In this document: positions 21,281 to 33,349 of the stretch, piece after piece
How positions within the stretch are numbered: position 1 is the first letter of the stretch
Layout: the number at the start of each line of letters is the position of its first letter
NCBI RefSeq assembly: GCF_006345805.1
Contig: NW_021834827.1
Span: 1 to 45,248, forward strand
From: Octopus sinensis
Taxonomy: Eukaryota
Length of the DNA: 45,248 bases
Direction of reading: 5' to 3'
The notes under the pieces: model-generated
Seen by the model: the letters and a program-made list of their open reading frames with translations, nothing else
Told to the model about the DNA's origin: nothing
Databases searched by the model: none
Made by a program: the position numbers and the translations under genes

Positions 21281-22799
21281 AATTAAATAAAAATATAATA
21301 AAACCTAAATAAATAAATAACTAAATTCGATGAACAATCATTACCATAAATATATTTTTCGCTTCATTTCCAGATCATAAATTCTATTCAGGATAAAACT
21401 GAATAGAATTTTTATGGTTTTTTCCAGAATAACAGACAATAACCGAATATAAGTGAATGTAATAATATAATATATTGTACACAACATCGAAACGGATGGC
21501 GGGGCAAGTGTAGAAATGTGTATGGTGGTGGGGAGAAATAACATTGTGCTTTCAAAATGTTACAACTTTCATCAATTACAAGTCAACTGCCCCTCCACCA
21601 CCACCATCTTCACTACCCCCACCCCCACCACTTCCATACCACCCACTCCTGCCCTCATCCTGCACCCACCACGGCCACTCCCACCACTGCCTGTATTATT
21701 TCAAGCTTACATAATATAGATATCTTTTTATTTGTTTCCATTTTTCCTTATCTTTTTAATATTCGTTTTTCTTTTTGACTATACCGGAGAAGATATATAT
21801 TAATATTAAAGCATAAATTGAATTTTCAACATATTTTTTTGTTTTCATTTTTGTTTCTTTTTTTTCTTTTTTATTCTTTTTTTTCTTTTTTATTCTTTGT
21901 TTTTTTTTTTTACATTTTGTCTTTTTTTCTTGGTTCCTTTGATGCTACGATTCTGTCTTTGGCAAGTCAATATATTGTTAATACTTCGATCACGCGTGAC
22001 CTGTCTCAAACTTTTTTTTTATTTATTTATTTTATTTTATTTACATCACAAAAAAATAAATAAATAAATATATAAATTAAAGAAAGAAATTAGAAAAATT
22101 AAAAAAGAAAAAACTCGTTTTTGCAATTATGTTAGCACTAATAGAATTACGAGATTAGCAACAGAGAAAATTAGATGTAGACATAATCACTGTTCCGTAT
22201 TATACTCTCTGACCAGTGAACTTTAAAGAAGTTAATATTAAAAGACAAAAAAAAAACAAAGATTTGTCTATGTAAGTAAACTTTTGGGGGAAAAACCAAA
22301 AAAAAAGAAAAAAAATTGTGATAAATAATAAATATCTAAAAATAAAAAAAAATACCAACAACACACGGAAGATTTCAATTTACTCTATTCTGATATATTT
22401 TTCGGATTTACTGTCTTTGACGAATTATTTTTGTATTTTTCATTGTTTGTTTAAATTTTTTTTTTGTCCTCATTTCTGACAGAAATTGTGGGAAATATTC
22501 TAAAGAACAATTCTTGAATTCGATTTTATCTTTAAATCCATTCATTTAAAATTTCATTATTAGCTAAGTCTACTGATGAGTGGGTGGCTGGGTGGCTGGG
22601 GGCTGGTTGTTTGCAGGGGTTGTTGTCAGGAACTTGATGCTAAAAATAAAGAAAATAAATAATTGGATCTGAGTAATTAAGGAGAAAGCAATCATGGCCA
22701 TGTCTGACGAGGAGGTGTGCTTCACAAGCATAGAGTTCAGGGCTCATACACACACACACACACACATATATACATACACACACACAGACACATACATAT

Positions 22800-23210
22800 G
22801 TACTCTTTACTCCTTTACTTGTTTCAGTCGTTTGACTGCGGCCATGCTGGAGCACCGCCTTTAGTCAAGCAAATCGACCCCGGGACTTATTCTTTGTAAG
22901 CCCAGTACTTAATCTATCGGTCTCTTTTGCCGAACCGCTAAGTGACGGGGACGTAAACACACCAGCATCGGTTGTCAAGCAATGCTAAGGAGACAAACAC
23001 AGACACACAAACACATACACACACATACATATATATACATATATACGACAGGCTTCTTTCAGTTTCCGTCTACCAAATCCACTCACAAGGCTTTGGTCAG
23101 CCCGGGGCTATAGCAGAAGACATTTGCCCAAGATGCCGTGCAGTCAGACTGAACCCGGAACCATGTGGTTGGTTAGCAAGCTACTTACCACAAAGCCACT
23201 CCTGTGCCTA
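22800..23210 (-). mobile_element. Full-length SINE group A
   Basis: Reverse complement of the 25681-26100 copy. Confidence 0.9.
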
Positions 23211-23220
23211 TATATATATA

Positions 23221-23680
23221 CACCGTAAATCCTCAAGTATAGTCTGCCCTTGAGTATAATATGCAGGGGATTTTTAGACGGCTGTACCCCTGAAAAACCT
23301 AAACCTTATGTATAATATGCACCCCTTCTCTAAATTGAGTCAAGGAGGTCTATATAACGTCCTTGGTTTGTAAAACTGTATACGGTAATGTCCTTTATTA
23401 TTACTGTATATATAACATAATGCAAACGTGTAGCTTTTTTGTGCATTTTGTTTGCAGAAAATAAAGAAATAACAGTAATAACGTTTAATAAATGTTGCTT
23501 ACTGCAAGTTATGGATGATTCTTTTATGACTTCATTGCTTTCAGGCTTAGCTTAAGGTATTTTCGCGCTCGACATCACAAAATGCGTCTGAATAAACATT
23601 GCCGGACAGCAAATAGAGACTCGGACATTGCTTAGAAAATATTTTTCATTTTTAACCTCGTGTATAATACGCACTAGGGA
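23221..23680. mobile_element. Tc2/pogo-like DNA transposon fragment
   Basis: Starts ccgtaaatcctcaagtatagt after (TA)n; the subterminal repeat gtataata-t/c-gca recurs at ~23254, 23309 and 23662. The right end is lost at an RTE fragment. Confidence 0.5.
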
Positions 23681-23870
23681 ACGGCCACGTTCAGATGGTG
23701 CTTTTTACGTGCCACCGGCACAGGTATCACAACTACTATTTCTATTTGATATTTATTTCGATGTTCGTGTACTTGACACAATAGGTCTCCTCAAGCACAG
23801 CAGGTTGTTCTGAAATCCAAGGTACTTTGAATGGGCTAGGGCTATGCGGTACTGGTGCAGGAAGCAGCCC
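23681..23870 (-). mobile_element. RTE-1 internal 3' UTR fragment
   Basis: gatggtgctttttacgtgccaccggcacaggtatcacaactac..ggtctcctcaagcacagca. Confidence 0.7.
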
Positions 23871-24335
23871 ACAACTAAAATATATACACATATATATAAT
23901 GGTCTCTCCTGTTGGAAACAATGTATGAGCATTCAGCTGTTGTTGAACGACCTGCACAAATGATTTATTTCTCTTGATCAAATGTTTGTGCCACACATTA
24001 GCTGACCCTCTCCATCAAATCGATGTTGTCTAAATAGGGGCAGAGTGTAACATGAGTCAAATGTTGAAGTCATCACAGAGCAACATGAGATGAAGTGTCT
24101 TGCTCAAGAACACAATGTGATGTGACTGCAACACCCTAATCACTAACCCTTGTGCTCTCATATCTATATATATTATAGACATAGGTGTGGGTGTGTTGTA
24201 AGAAGCTTGATTCCCAACTACATGGTTCTTGGTTCAATCCTACTATGAGGCACCTTGGACAAGTGTCTTCAACTGGCAAGAGCCTCAGGCCAACCAAAGC
24301 CGTGTGAGTGCATTTGATAGATAGAAACTGACAAA

Positions 24336-25110
24336 AGGAGGCGAGCTCGCAGAAATGTTAGCACGCCGGGCGAAGTGCTTAGTGGTATTTTGTCTGCTGC
24401 TACATTCTGAGTTCAAATTCCACTGAGGTCGACTTTGCCTTTCATCCTTTCGAGGTCGATAACTTAAGTACCAGTTATCCATTGGAGTCGATATAATCGA
24501 CTTAATCCATTTGTCTGTCCTTGTTTGTCCTCTCTGTGTTTAGCCCATTGTGGGTAGTAAAGAAATAGGTATTTCATCCGTCTTCGCGTTCTGAGTTCAA
24601 ATTCCACCGAGGTCGACTTTCCCTTTCATCCTTTTGGGGTCGATAAATTAAGTACCAGTTATGCACAGGGGTTGATATAATCCGTTTGTCTGTCCTTGTT
24701 TGTCCTCTCTATGTTTAGCCCCATGTGGGTAGTAAAGAAACAGGTATTTCGTCTGCCGTTACGTTCTGAGTTCAAATTCCGTCACGGTCAGCTTTGCCTT
24801 TCATCCTTTCGGGGTTGATTAAATAAGTACCAGTTACACACTGGGGTCGATATAATCGACTTAATCCATTTGTCTGTCCTTGTTTGTCCTCTCTGTGTTT
24901 AGCCTCTTGTGGGTAGTAAAGAAACAGGTATTTCATCTGCCGTTACGTTCTGAGTTCAAATTCCGTCATGGTCGACTTTGCCTTTCATCCTTTCGGGGTC
25001 GATTAAATAAGTACCAGTTACGCACTGGAGTCGATATAATCGACTTAATCCGTTTGTCTGTCCTTGTTTGTCTCCTCTGTGTTTAGCCCCTTGTGGGCAG
25101 TAAAGAAATA
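24336..25110 (+). mobile_element. SINE group C tetramer
   Basis: One full head, then units restarting at ggtatttc near 24568, 24743 and 24927; flanked by aaactgacaaaa / aaactgaaaaaa. Confidence 0.9.
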
Positions 25111-25157
25111 AAAAACTGAAAAAAGCCCATCGCACATCACACACACATATATATATA

Positions 25158-25472
25158 GGAGCACTCTGCCATTTAAGACGATGAGGGTCCCAGCTGATAC
25201 AATCAACAGAACTGCTTGCTCATGAAATTAATGTGCAAATGACTGAGCACTCCACAGACATGCATACCCCTAATGTAGTTCTCAAGGAGATTCAGCATAA
25301 CACAGAATGTGACAAGGCCGGCCCTTTGTAATTACAGGTACTACTCATTTTTGCCAGCTGAGGTGGCTGGAACAACAAAGAATGAAGTGTCTTGCTCAAG
25401 GACACAACACACCACCAGGAATCGAACTCATGACCTTACAATCGTGAGCCGAATGCCCTAACCACTAAGCCA
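25158..25472 (-). mobile_element. SINE group B (body 1, tail 2)
   Basis: Reversed head tggcttagtggttagggcattcggctcacg; tail shared with 38255-38440 and 44760-44930. Confidence 0.8.
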
Positions 25473-25680
25473 TATGTATATGAGTGCCTTTTGAGTCGGT
25501 GTTTGTCCCCCACCCCCTCATAACAACCGGTGTTGGTGTATTTATGTCCCTGTACCTTAGGGATTCGGGAAAAGAGGGATGATAAAATAAGGACCCGGCT
25601 TTAAGGAAATAAGTACTGGGCTTGATACATTCGACTAAAATTTCTTCAGGGCTGTGCCCCAGCATGGCCACAGTCTAACA

Positions 25681-25843
25681 GCGACAGGAGTGGCTGTGTG
25701 GTAAGTAGCTTGCTAACTAACCACATGGTTCCAGGTTCAGTCCCACTGCGTGGCATCTTGGGCAAGTGTCTTGTACTATAGCCCCGGGCCGACCAAAGCC
25801 TTGTGAGTGGATTTGGTAGACGGAAACTGAAAGAAGCCTGTCG

Positions 25844-25884
<41 letters not shown>

Positions 25885-26103
25885 ATGTTTGTGTGTCTGT
25901 GTATGTCCCCTAGCATTGCTTGACAACCGATGCTGGTGTGTTTACGTCCCCCGTCACTTAGCGGTTCGACTAAAAGAGACCGATAGAATAAGTACTGGGC
26001 TTACAAAAAGAATAAGTCCCGGGGTCGATTTGCTCGGCTAAAGGCGGTGCTCCAGCATGGCCGCAGTAAAATGACTGAAACAAGTAAAAGAGTAAGTAAA
26101 AGA
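25681..26103 (+). mobile_element. Young full-length SINE group A
   Basis: caggagtggctgtgtggtaag..cagcatggccgcag..gaaacaagtaaaagag. Confidence 0.9.
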
Positions 26104-26409
26104 CATTAGACAACAACAGAAACCAATTCTCACTTCTTCAGCGGCAACAGCAACAACAACAGCAGCAACAACAGCACCAGCGGCACCAGCAACAGCAGCC
26201 TGGATAATATACTTTTATTTCTCCTCATCTTTGTGTTGTGTTTGCTTATAATGAATGATGCAGAATGGTTTGCAAATGGTGAGAGGTGGTCGTTAGCGTT
26301 GTCTGTGCGCTGAATACCTTGGCTGTTTGTTGGTTCCTATTAGCATGTGGAGACTCTCTCACAAACAACACACGATGAATAGATGAAGGTCTTTCGAGAG
26401 AAACTTTTC

Positions 26410-26711
26410 ATGGCTGTGTATGGATGCATGTGTCTGTGTGTGTGTGTGTGTGTATTTATGTATGTCTGCGTATGTTTTATACACATATCTTTGTATGTCT
26501 GTGTGTGTGTATATATGTGTTTGTGTATATATATATTATATATATATATATATGTGTGTGTGGATATATCTTTGTATGTATGCATATTTAGTTTTATATG
26601 TGTATGTGTGTGTATATATATGTGTGTGTGTATATATTTATGTATGTATGTGTGTATGCATATGTATTTATGCATATATCTTTGTATGTATGTGTGTGTA
26701 TTTATTTTTTA

Positions 26712-26742
<31 letters not shown>

Positions 26743-27167
26743 TATGTATGTGCATGTATGTATGCTTAAATATGCATACATATATACATATATGCATATT
26801 TGCATGTCCATGTATTACAAACACACACACACAAATACACACACACACATGCACACACACACACACACTCACACGCACACACACATATAAATGCATGCAT
26901 ATACACACGTATGTATATATTATATATATATATATTTATGTGTGTATGCGTTTGTGTGTGTATGTGTGCATTGTGAGAAAGACATAGAGACACACACAAA
27001 CACTCATGTGCGCATAGAATTATGTCTGGGATGAGAGAGGCATTGTAATAAAAGTGATTTGAAATCAATACTTCTGTGGAGAGGAAGGAGGCCATTGTGG
27101 ACGAGGAAACCATCACGGAGAGCAACGCACATAGCGAACGGCGAATGGATGAATGAAGAGCTATTTA

Positions 27168-27205
<38 letters not shown>

Positions 27206-27215
27206 TTATTATTAT

Positions 27216-27258
<43 letters not shown>

Positions 27259-27271
27259 TGTAGTGGTGGTG

Positions 27272-27307
<36 letters not shown>

Positions 27308-27360
27308 GTAATAGTAGTAGTTGTAGTAGTGGTAGTGGTAGTAATAGCTGTTGTTGTTGT
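26410..27360. repeat. Compound microsatellites (TG/TA/CA; GTA/TTA)
   Basis: Direct reading; (gta)n/(tta)n at 27170-27360. Confidence 0.95.
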
Positions 27361-28079
27361 TCATACTCCAGGTCAGCGTTAATTGAGCAGATCTATGATG
27401 CATGCCTTCCATCTATGACTATCACCTCCTATCATTCTTTAGTCTGTTTAGGACGTACTAAAAATAGGAGATGACAATGCAATATGATAATAATACACAC
27501 ACACACACACACACACTCACACACATATGCATTCATTTATATATACATATATATATAAATATATATATATGTATTATTTTATAAACACAGTATATGTTTT
27601 TATGTGCAACTACTAGTTTCATGTGCTGAGAGCATGTCAGACAATGTTTTTTGATATGTCTGGGCCCTAGCATAATCATCAGACACTGCCCACATGGCAT
27701 AATGAACTAAAAATGTGTTTATTAAATAATAACTATCTCCGACATTTTTGTTGGTCTTACCATCTCTTGGAACAGTACACTATATGTGTGTTTGTGTGTG
27801 TGTGTGGAAAGAGAGAGAGAAAAGAGAGAGAAAGGGGGAGGTAGTCAACGAAATAAATACAGTTAGGCTTGATGTAAATATACTTACATGAAGCACTAAA
27901 AAATACAAAACAAAAGTATAGTATAAAGAAAAAAATAGATAACTCAGCACCTGTTTCAAGGACCTCAGGCTTAATAATCATAAGTTGCAAATGAAATGTG
28001 CAAAACGTCAAGGGCAGTAACCAGTAACAAGCCACATGAAGATATTAAGATAAGTCCAGTTACCTTCATCAAAGGAAGG

Positions 28080-28882
28080 TTAATTCATGTTGCTTCAGTC
28101 CACTCATCTGGCAAAAGTTAGTAGTAACTGTATTTCAAAGGGTCAGCCTGGTCACATTCTATGTTGTGCTGAATTTCCTTGAGAATTCCATTAAAGGTAC
28201 CCATCACCTGGAATCTGCATCACCAGTCTGGAACCCCTATCTTGCCCAGGATATTAATCGTCTGGAAACCGTTCAGCGACATGCAACCAAGAGAATACCC
28301 TCCATCAGGCATTTGCCATATTCTGAACGCCTTACTTCCCTGGGCATGGATACATTGAAACTCCAACGTCTGGCAGCTGACTTGGCAGACACCCATAAAA
28401 CTATTAACCATCTTACTAACTATAACTCTGAGTACCTTTTCAAACTCCACCCGTCTAACACCCGTGGACATATTTACAAAGTCAGAAAACAGCACATCTC
28501 CCATGACTTTTGGAAACATTTTTTCACACTAAGAGTTGCTGAAGCATGGAACAAACTGCCGGCATCAGTTGTTAGTTGTCAGAGCACTGCATCCTTCAAA
28601 ACTTCCATGCTTCCTGAGATTCGCCAACACTACACCTGATTTTCTCCCCTCCATACACACACAAGCATGGATCTGACTCATACACTGTTCGCTTTCCAGA
28701 CATTTCTACATTACTGCATATGCTTTATACGCACTTTTAACAAGTTGTGGTGCACCTGAGCACTGTATACAATAATTTCATTTTTATTATTATATTATTA
28801 TGTGTGTGGAGTGCCTGAGTGCTCAGCCACTTTCTCAATTTTACGGCAGGCTCTTCCATTGTTTGGCCCAGCTGGAGCCTGC
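28080..28882 (+). mobile_element. Old SINE group B (tail 2) split by a CR1 insertion
   Basis: ..gagaattccattaaaggtac | CR1 | atgtgtgtggagtg..ctcagccac.. is contiguous in intact copies (aagggtacacgtgtctgtggagtgctcagccac). Confidence 0.7.
28201..28800 (+). mobile_element. 5'-truncated CR1-clade LINE (long 3' UTR subfamily)
   Basis: ORF 28166-28639 ASPVWNPYLAQDINRLETVQRHATKRIP..YSERL..TRGH..FFTLRVAEAWNKLP is the CR1 ORF2 C-terminus; (TTA)n tail. Confidence 0.93.
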
Positions 28883-29014
28883 AGCATTTTAACCAAGAAA
28901 GTGCCAATTATATATCTCTAAGTATGGATCTGTGTATGTATCTTTGTACAAGCATATCTTTTGGCAAGTATACGGCTAGAAGACGTATGCATTTGCGCAC
29001 AAAAACAGTAATAA

Positions 29015-29550
29015 TAATAATCCTTTATATTATATGCACAGGGCAAGAAATTCAGGGGGAGGAGACTAGTTGATTACATCGACCCCAGTGTCTCACTGGT
29101 ACTTAATGAGAATGAAAGCAAAATCAACCTCAGCAGAATTTGAACTCAGAATGTAGTGATAGGCAAAGTACCTCTAAACATTTTGCCAGGGTGCTAACGA
29201 TTTTACCAGTTCTCCACCATAATTTTTTTTATTTATGCACCCTTTTCATGCTTAGCCGGGCTCATGGGCCCAGTTTCCCGGTTTCTGTGGTGTATGTGTT
29301 CCCACCAGCTGGACGGGACGCCAGTCCAGCGTTACTCAAGAAACAGGAAGAAAGATTGAGAGAAAGTTGTGGCGAAAGAGTACAACAGGGGTCATCACCA
29401 TCCCTGCCGGAGCCTCGTGGAGCTGTAGGTGTTTTCGTTCAATAAACACAGACAACGCCCGGTCTGGGAATCGAAACCACGATCCTCCGACCGCGAGTCT
29501 GCTGCCCTAACCATTGGACCATTGCACCTCCATTTCTACACCATAATAAT
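29015..29550 (-). mobile_element. Old SINE group C (29015-29220) next to SINE group B, body 2 + tail 1 (29232-29531)
   Basis: Reversed C domain gattacatcgaccccagtg; reversed B head ggaggtgcaatggtccaatggttagggcagcagactcg. Confidence 0.75.
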
Positions 29551-30171
29551 AAAAATAATAATAATAATTAATTGAAAATTATTAAAGAAAGAAAATATAG
29601 CTTAGAGCCCCACTGAAGATGTTTACTGTATGAAGAAACAAAAGAATTTTTTAATTTTATAGTTTAGCTAAGCCAATATAATTTCATAGCTTATTAACTT
29701 TGGTTCTAAAATTGCCTGAGACTTATCTCCATCCAATTTTACTTTTCAATATATATATCTATTTTGGGCAACTTCTTAAAGTAAACGATCAGTTATAGTC
29801 GTGTGGTTGAAATATATGATTTGTAATTATCTTGTTTCGGGTTCAAGCCCACTACACAGCATATTGGTTAAACGTGGTTTCTTGTAGCCTTTCCATTGAT
29901 CAGTGCCATGTAAATGGAATTCCATAATCAGAAAGAGTACAGAAGTGCACTGAATGTGTGCATGTGCGTGTGTGTATGTGTGTGTGTGTGTATTAGAAGG
30001 TTTGGAGATGGTGTACAGGTATTTTATATTAGAAGAAATGAGGTACTCAGAAATTCAGATGGTTTTATATTTACAGATATTTATTTATATATTACATGTT
30101 TTTATACAACATATAACTTAGATCATATATTAGCGCTTTCTCCCATTCTGGTGGATTTTTCGTATATATAT

Positions 30172-30556
30172 ACTCTTTTACTGGTTTCAGTAATTTGACT
30201 GCGGCCATGCTGGAACACCGCCTTTCGTCGAGCAAATCGACCCCGGGACTTATTCTTTGTAAGCCCAGTACTTATTCTATCGGTCTCTTTTGCCGAACCG
30301 CTAAGTGACGGGGACACCAGCATCGGTTGTCAAGCAATGCTAGGGGGACAAACACAGACACACAAACACACACATACATATATATATATATACGACAGGC
30401 TTCTTTCAGTTTCCGTCTACCAAATCCACTCACAAGGCATTGGTCGGCCCGGGGCTATAGCAGAAGACACTTGCCCAAGATGCCACGCAGTGGGACTGAA
30501 CCCGGAACCATATGGTTGGTAAGCAAGCTACTTACCACACAGCCACTCCTGAGCCT
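30172..30556 (-). mobile_element. Full-length SINE group A
   Basis: Matches 22800-23210. Confidence 0.9.
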
Positions 30557-31063
30557 ATATAAATATACTTTAAGGTCTATGGAGGATAACCTTTTTGCCT
30601 TTTTTTTTTTTCATTTTTTTACGTGTTTTCCATTTTTTAACCTTCTCAACTATCCCTTCAAACTTTGGTTTCCAATATTTTAAAATTTTTATTCAGCTCC
30701 CAAGTTCGTCTGTCCCTTTTAAATGTTAGTGTTTTGCTGCCCACCTTGAAGCAGACCTTTCCGTTGTCACTGCCTGATATTTATGATTGATCTTTCAAAA
30801 TATTCTCTTTCTCAACTTACTCAAGATCTTTTGTTGTTTATAAATAGGAGAGAGATAGATAAAGATAGAGAGTAAGAGAAAGCGAGGGAGAGTCCGAGAG
30901 AAAGGAAGAGTAAGAGAGTGGGAAAGTGAGAGAGAAAGGAGAGGGAAACAAAGAGGGAGAATGTGGCGATAAGAAACAGAAAGGAAGCAACAGAAAGTAA
31001 CAACCACACCCTCACCCGCGCGTAGAGCGGGTCACCTTAAGCTAGTTATATATATATATATAT

Positions 31064-31394
31064 ATCATCATCATCGTTTAACGTCCGTTTTCCGTGCTAG
31101 CATGGGTTGGACGGTGCAACTGGGGTCTGGGAAGCCAGAAGGCTGCACCAGGCTCCGGTCTTTATCTGGCAATGTTTCTACAGCTGGATGCCCTTCCTAA
31201 CGCCAACCACTCCGACAGTGTAGTGGGTGCTTTTTACGTGCCACCGGCACAGGTGCCAGACGAGGCTGGCAAATGGCCACGATTGGATGGTGCTTTTTAC
31301 GTGCCACCGGCACAGGTGCCAGGGGAGTCTGGCAGCGGCCACGATCGGTTGGTGTTTTTACGTGCCACCGGCACAGAAGCCAGTCAAGGCGGCG
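31064..31394 (-). mobile_element. RTE-1 3' UTR fragment
   Basis: (cat)n cgtttaacgtccg and three ggtg-c/t-tttttacgtgccaccggcacag modules. Confidence 0.88.
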
Positions 31395-31399
31395 CTATA

Positions 31400-31605
31400 T
31401 TACGGAGATGTACATGCATAGCGAGTGACTTGATCTGAGATCGTGTGCTGAAACGTAAACAATTGCAGCGTGGAAGGTGTTTATAAGCCATTTAAGAGAC
31501 ACACAAAAGCCGTTCGATTCACTTCAACATATAAATTTAATTTGTCAAAATATTTTCGTCGCTTTGAGACCGCGACCTGTTCACTGACAAAAATCCGTGC
31601 TGCAT
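31400..31605 (-). mobile_element. Penelope-like element remnant, same family as 6413-6648
   Basis: The reverse complement of 31455-31605 matches 6500-6648. Confidence 0.7.
31541..31591 (-). ncRNA. Minimal hammerhead ribozyme-like motif, G3-C8 variant (best-preserved copy)
   Basis: Minus strand: tttgtca GTGAACA g gtcgc ggtctcaaa gcgac GAAA atat TT tgacaaa; 7-bp stem I, perfect 5-bp stem II. Confidence 0.65.
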
Positions 31606-32139
31606 ATGATTGATTGATTGATTGATTCTAGTTTCAGCTTATGAGCTGTGGCCATGCTGGGGCACCGCCATTATATATATATGTATATATAATAAAACAG
31701 ACTTTTCTGTCAGCCAAATCCCTTCACAAAGTTTTGATCAACCTGAGGCTATAGTAGAAGACACTTGCTCAAGGTTCCAAGGTGTAGTGTGACTGGAGAC
31801 CCCAAAATCTGGTTGAAAGTTAAATTCTCCCTACATGGCTTTTAAAAAAAAATAAGTTCTAGGGTCGAGTCGTTTGGCTAAAAATTCTTCAAGGCAATGC
31901 TCCAGCAAGGCCACTTTCTGAAACAAGTTAAAGAATAACAGATGATAGGTGTATCTTTTGTCAACCTGAGGCACGGGATTCCTCACTTGCTGACTAAGGA
32001 ATGAAAATCGTTCGTAAACTGACCTTTTTTTCAGATACAACTGGAACTGGTCGAAGGGAGATAACTCCAACAGGCCCCAGAAAAATATGATTAGCTTGCT
32101 TTGGACATATGAACAATTATATATATATATATATATATA

Positions 32140-32492
32140 CTAGCAGTATCGCCCGGCGTTGCTCTGGTTCGTTTCGACCCTTTAGAATTGGAATTTTTGA
32201 AAAGAAAAAATTTTGCATTATGTATTTTGTTATTCTCTTTAAATGAACATTTTTCTGGTTGAAATACACCGAAAAATGGTGACACAGCAGTCAAAAAATC
32301 GTAAAAAATAGGGATTTTCACAGAAAAAAAGCACCTTTTTGATGTAAATAATTTTTGGTGTTAACATGGTCCGATTTGAATTTTTTCTTCTACGGAAGGA
32401 AGAGCAAGCCTTCTTCTATCATACTCTCAATTTTGGTCAACTTGCGTCGCAGGGTCTCAGAGGAGATAGTGTTAGTTGAAGGCTACCAAACC
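32140..32492 (-). mobile_element. Non-autonomous Helitron, 5' end lost
   Basis: Reverse complement of 3207-3561, including the CTAG end and hairpin. Confidence 0.8.
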
Positions 32493-32519
32493 TATATATA
32501 TTAATTGGTCTCACGCTAA

Positions 32520-32872
32520 GGGGTCAACGGTGTGTGTGTGTGACAAGTTTGCTTCCCAATCACAAGGTTCCGAGTTCAGTACTAGTGTGTGGCCGCTTGG
32601 GCAAGTGTCTTCTCTTATAGCCTCAGGCCGACCAAAGCCTTGTGAGTGGATTTGGTAGACGGAAACTGAAAGAAGCCCGACATATACATACATATATAAA
32701 TGTATGTAAGTAAGTCTTTGTGTCTGTGCTTGTCCCCTACCAAGAGTGTTGGTGTGTTTACTCCCCACAACTTAGCGATTTGGTAAACGATACTGATAGA
32801 ATATGTACTAGGCTTGAACAAAGGCGGTGCCACAGCATGGCCGCTGTCTAATGACTGAAACGAGTAAAAGAA
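32520..32872 (+). mobile_element. SINE group A
   Basis: cttgggcaagtgtcttctcttatagcctcaggccgaccaaagcc..cagcatggccgctgtctaatgactgaaac. Confidence 0.85.
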
Positions 32873-32881
32873 AAAAAGCGT

Positions 32882-33288
32882 GGGATCTTTTCGGTTTGAA
32901 CGGCAGTATTATCTAGCGGTGTCCTATGAAATTGTCACCTATAATTATGACCCTAGAATCGATCTATTGCATTTCAGTGTGTTTTAGGGTTAGGGTTAGA
33001 GGTGGGAGGAGGTTATCTTTTTTTCTTCAGAAATGTAAATAAACCCAATCTGTTTCTTAAACGAGGGACATATTCATACGGCAGAGAATGTTTTTTTTTA
33101 CCTCAATGGACGTCATTGATTGGTTGAAATTGCAGAATTTGAAGAAAAGAAACAAATATATTACAAACTATAGAATTTCCTCAATAAAGCCAAGAGAAAA
33201 AGATGTTTTTATAAACACATTCTACCAGTATATGAAGTTTAAAATTTTTTTAGTTACCTAGAAATTATATCAAAAGCTGCCGTTCAAA
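32882..33288. mobile_element. TIR MITE (GGGATCTTTTCGGTTTGAACGGCAG ends), superfamily uncertain; partial copy at 35945-36137
   Basis: Left tttgaacggcag is inverted to right ctgccgttcaaa; the second copy ends ..ggtcaaagtgaaaagatccc, complementary to the left end. Confidence 0.7.
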
Positions 33289-33295
33289 GCGTGTG

Positions 33296-33328
<33 letters not shown>

Positions 33329-33349
33329 ATATATATATATATATATAAT

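Larger units (their letters stand above)
24180..25680 (+). mobile_element. Old SINE group A hosting a C tetramer and a B copy
   Basis: A pieces at 24180-24335, 25112-25150 and 25475-25680 are collinear. Confidence 0.75.

Noticed and set aside
26135-26205. Poly-Gln-like CAG/CAA run
   Set aside because: A stop follows immediately and there is no convincing exon structure.
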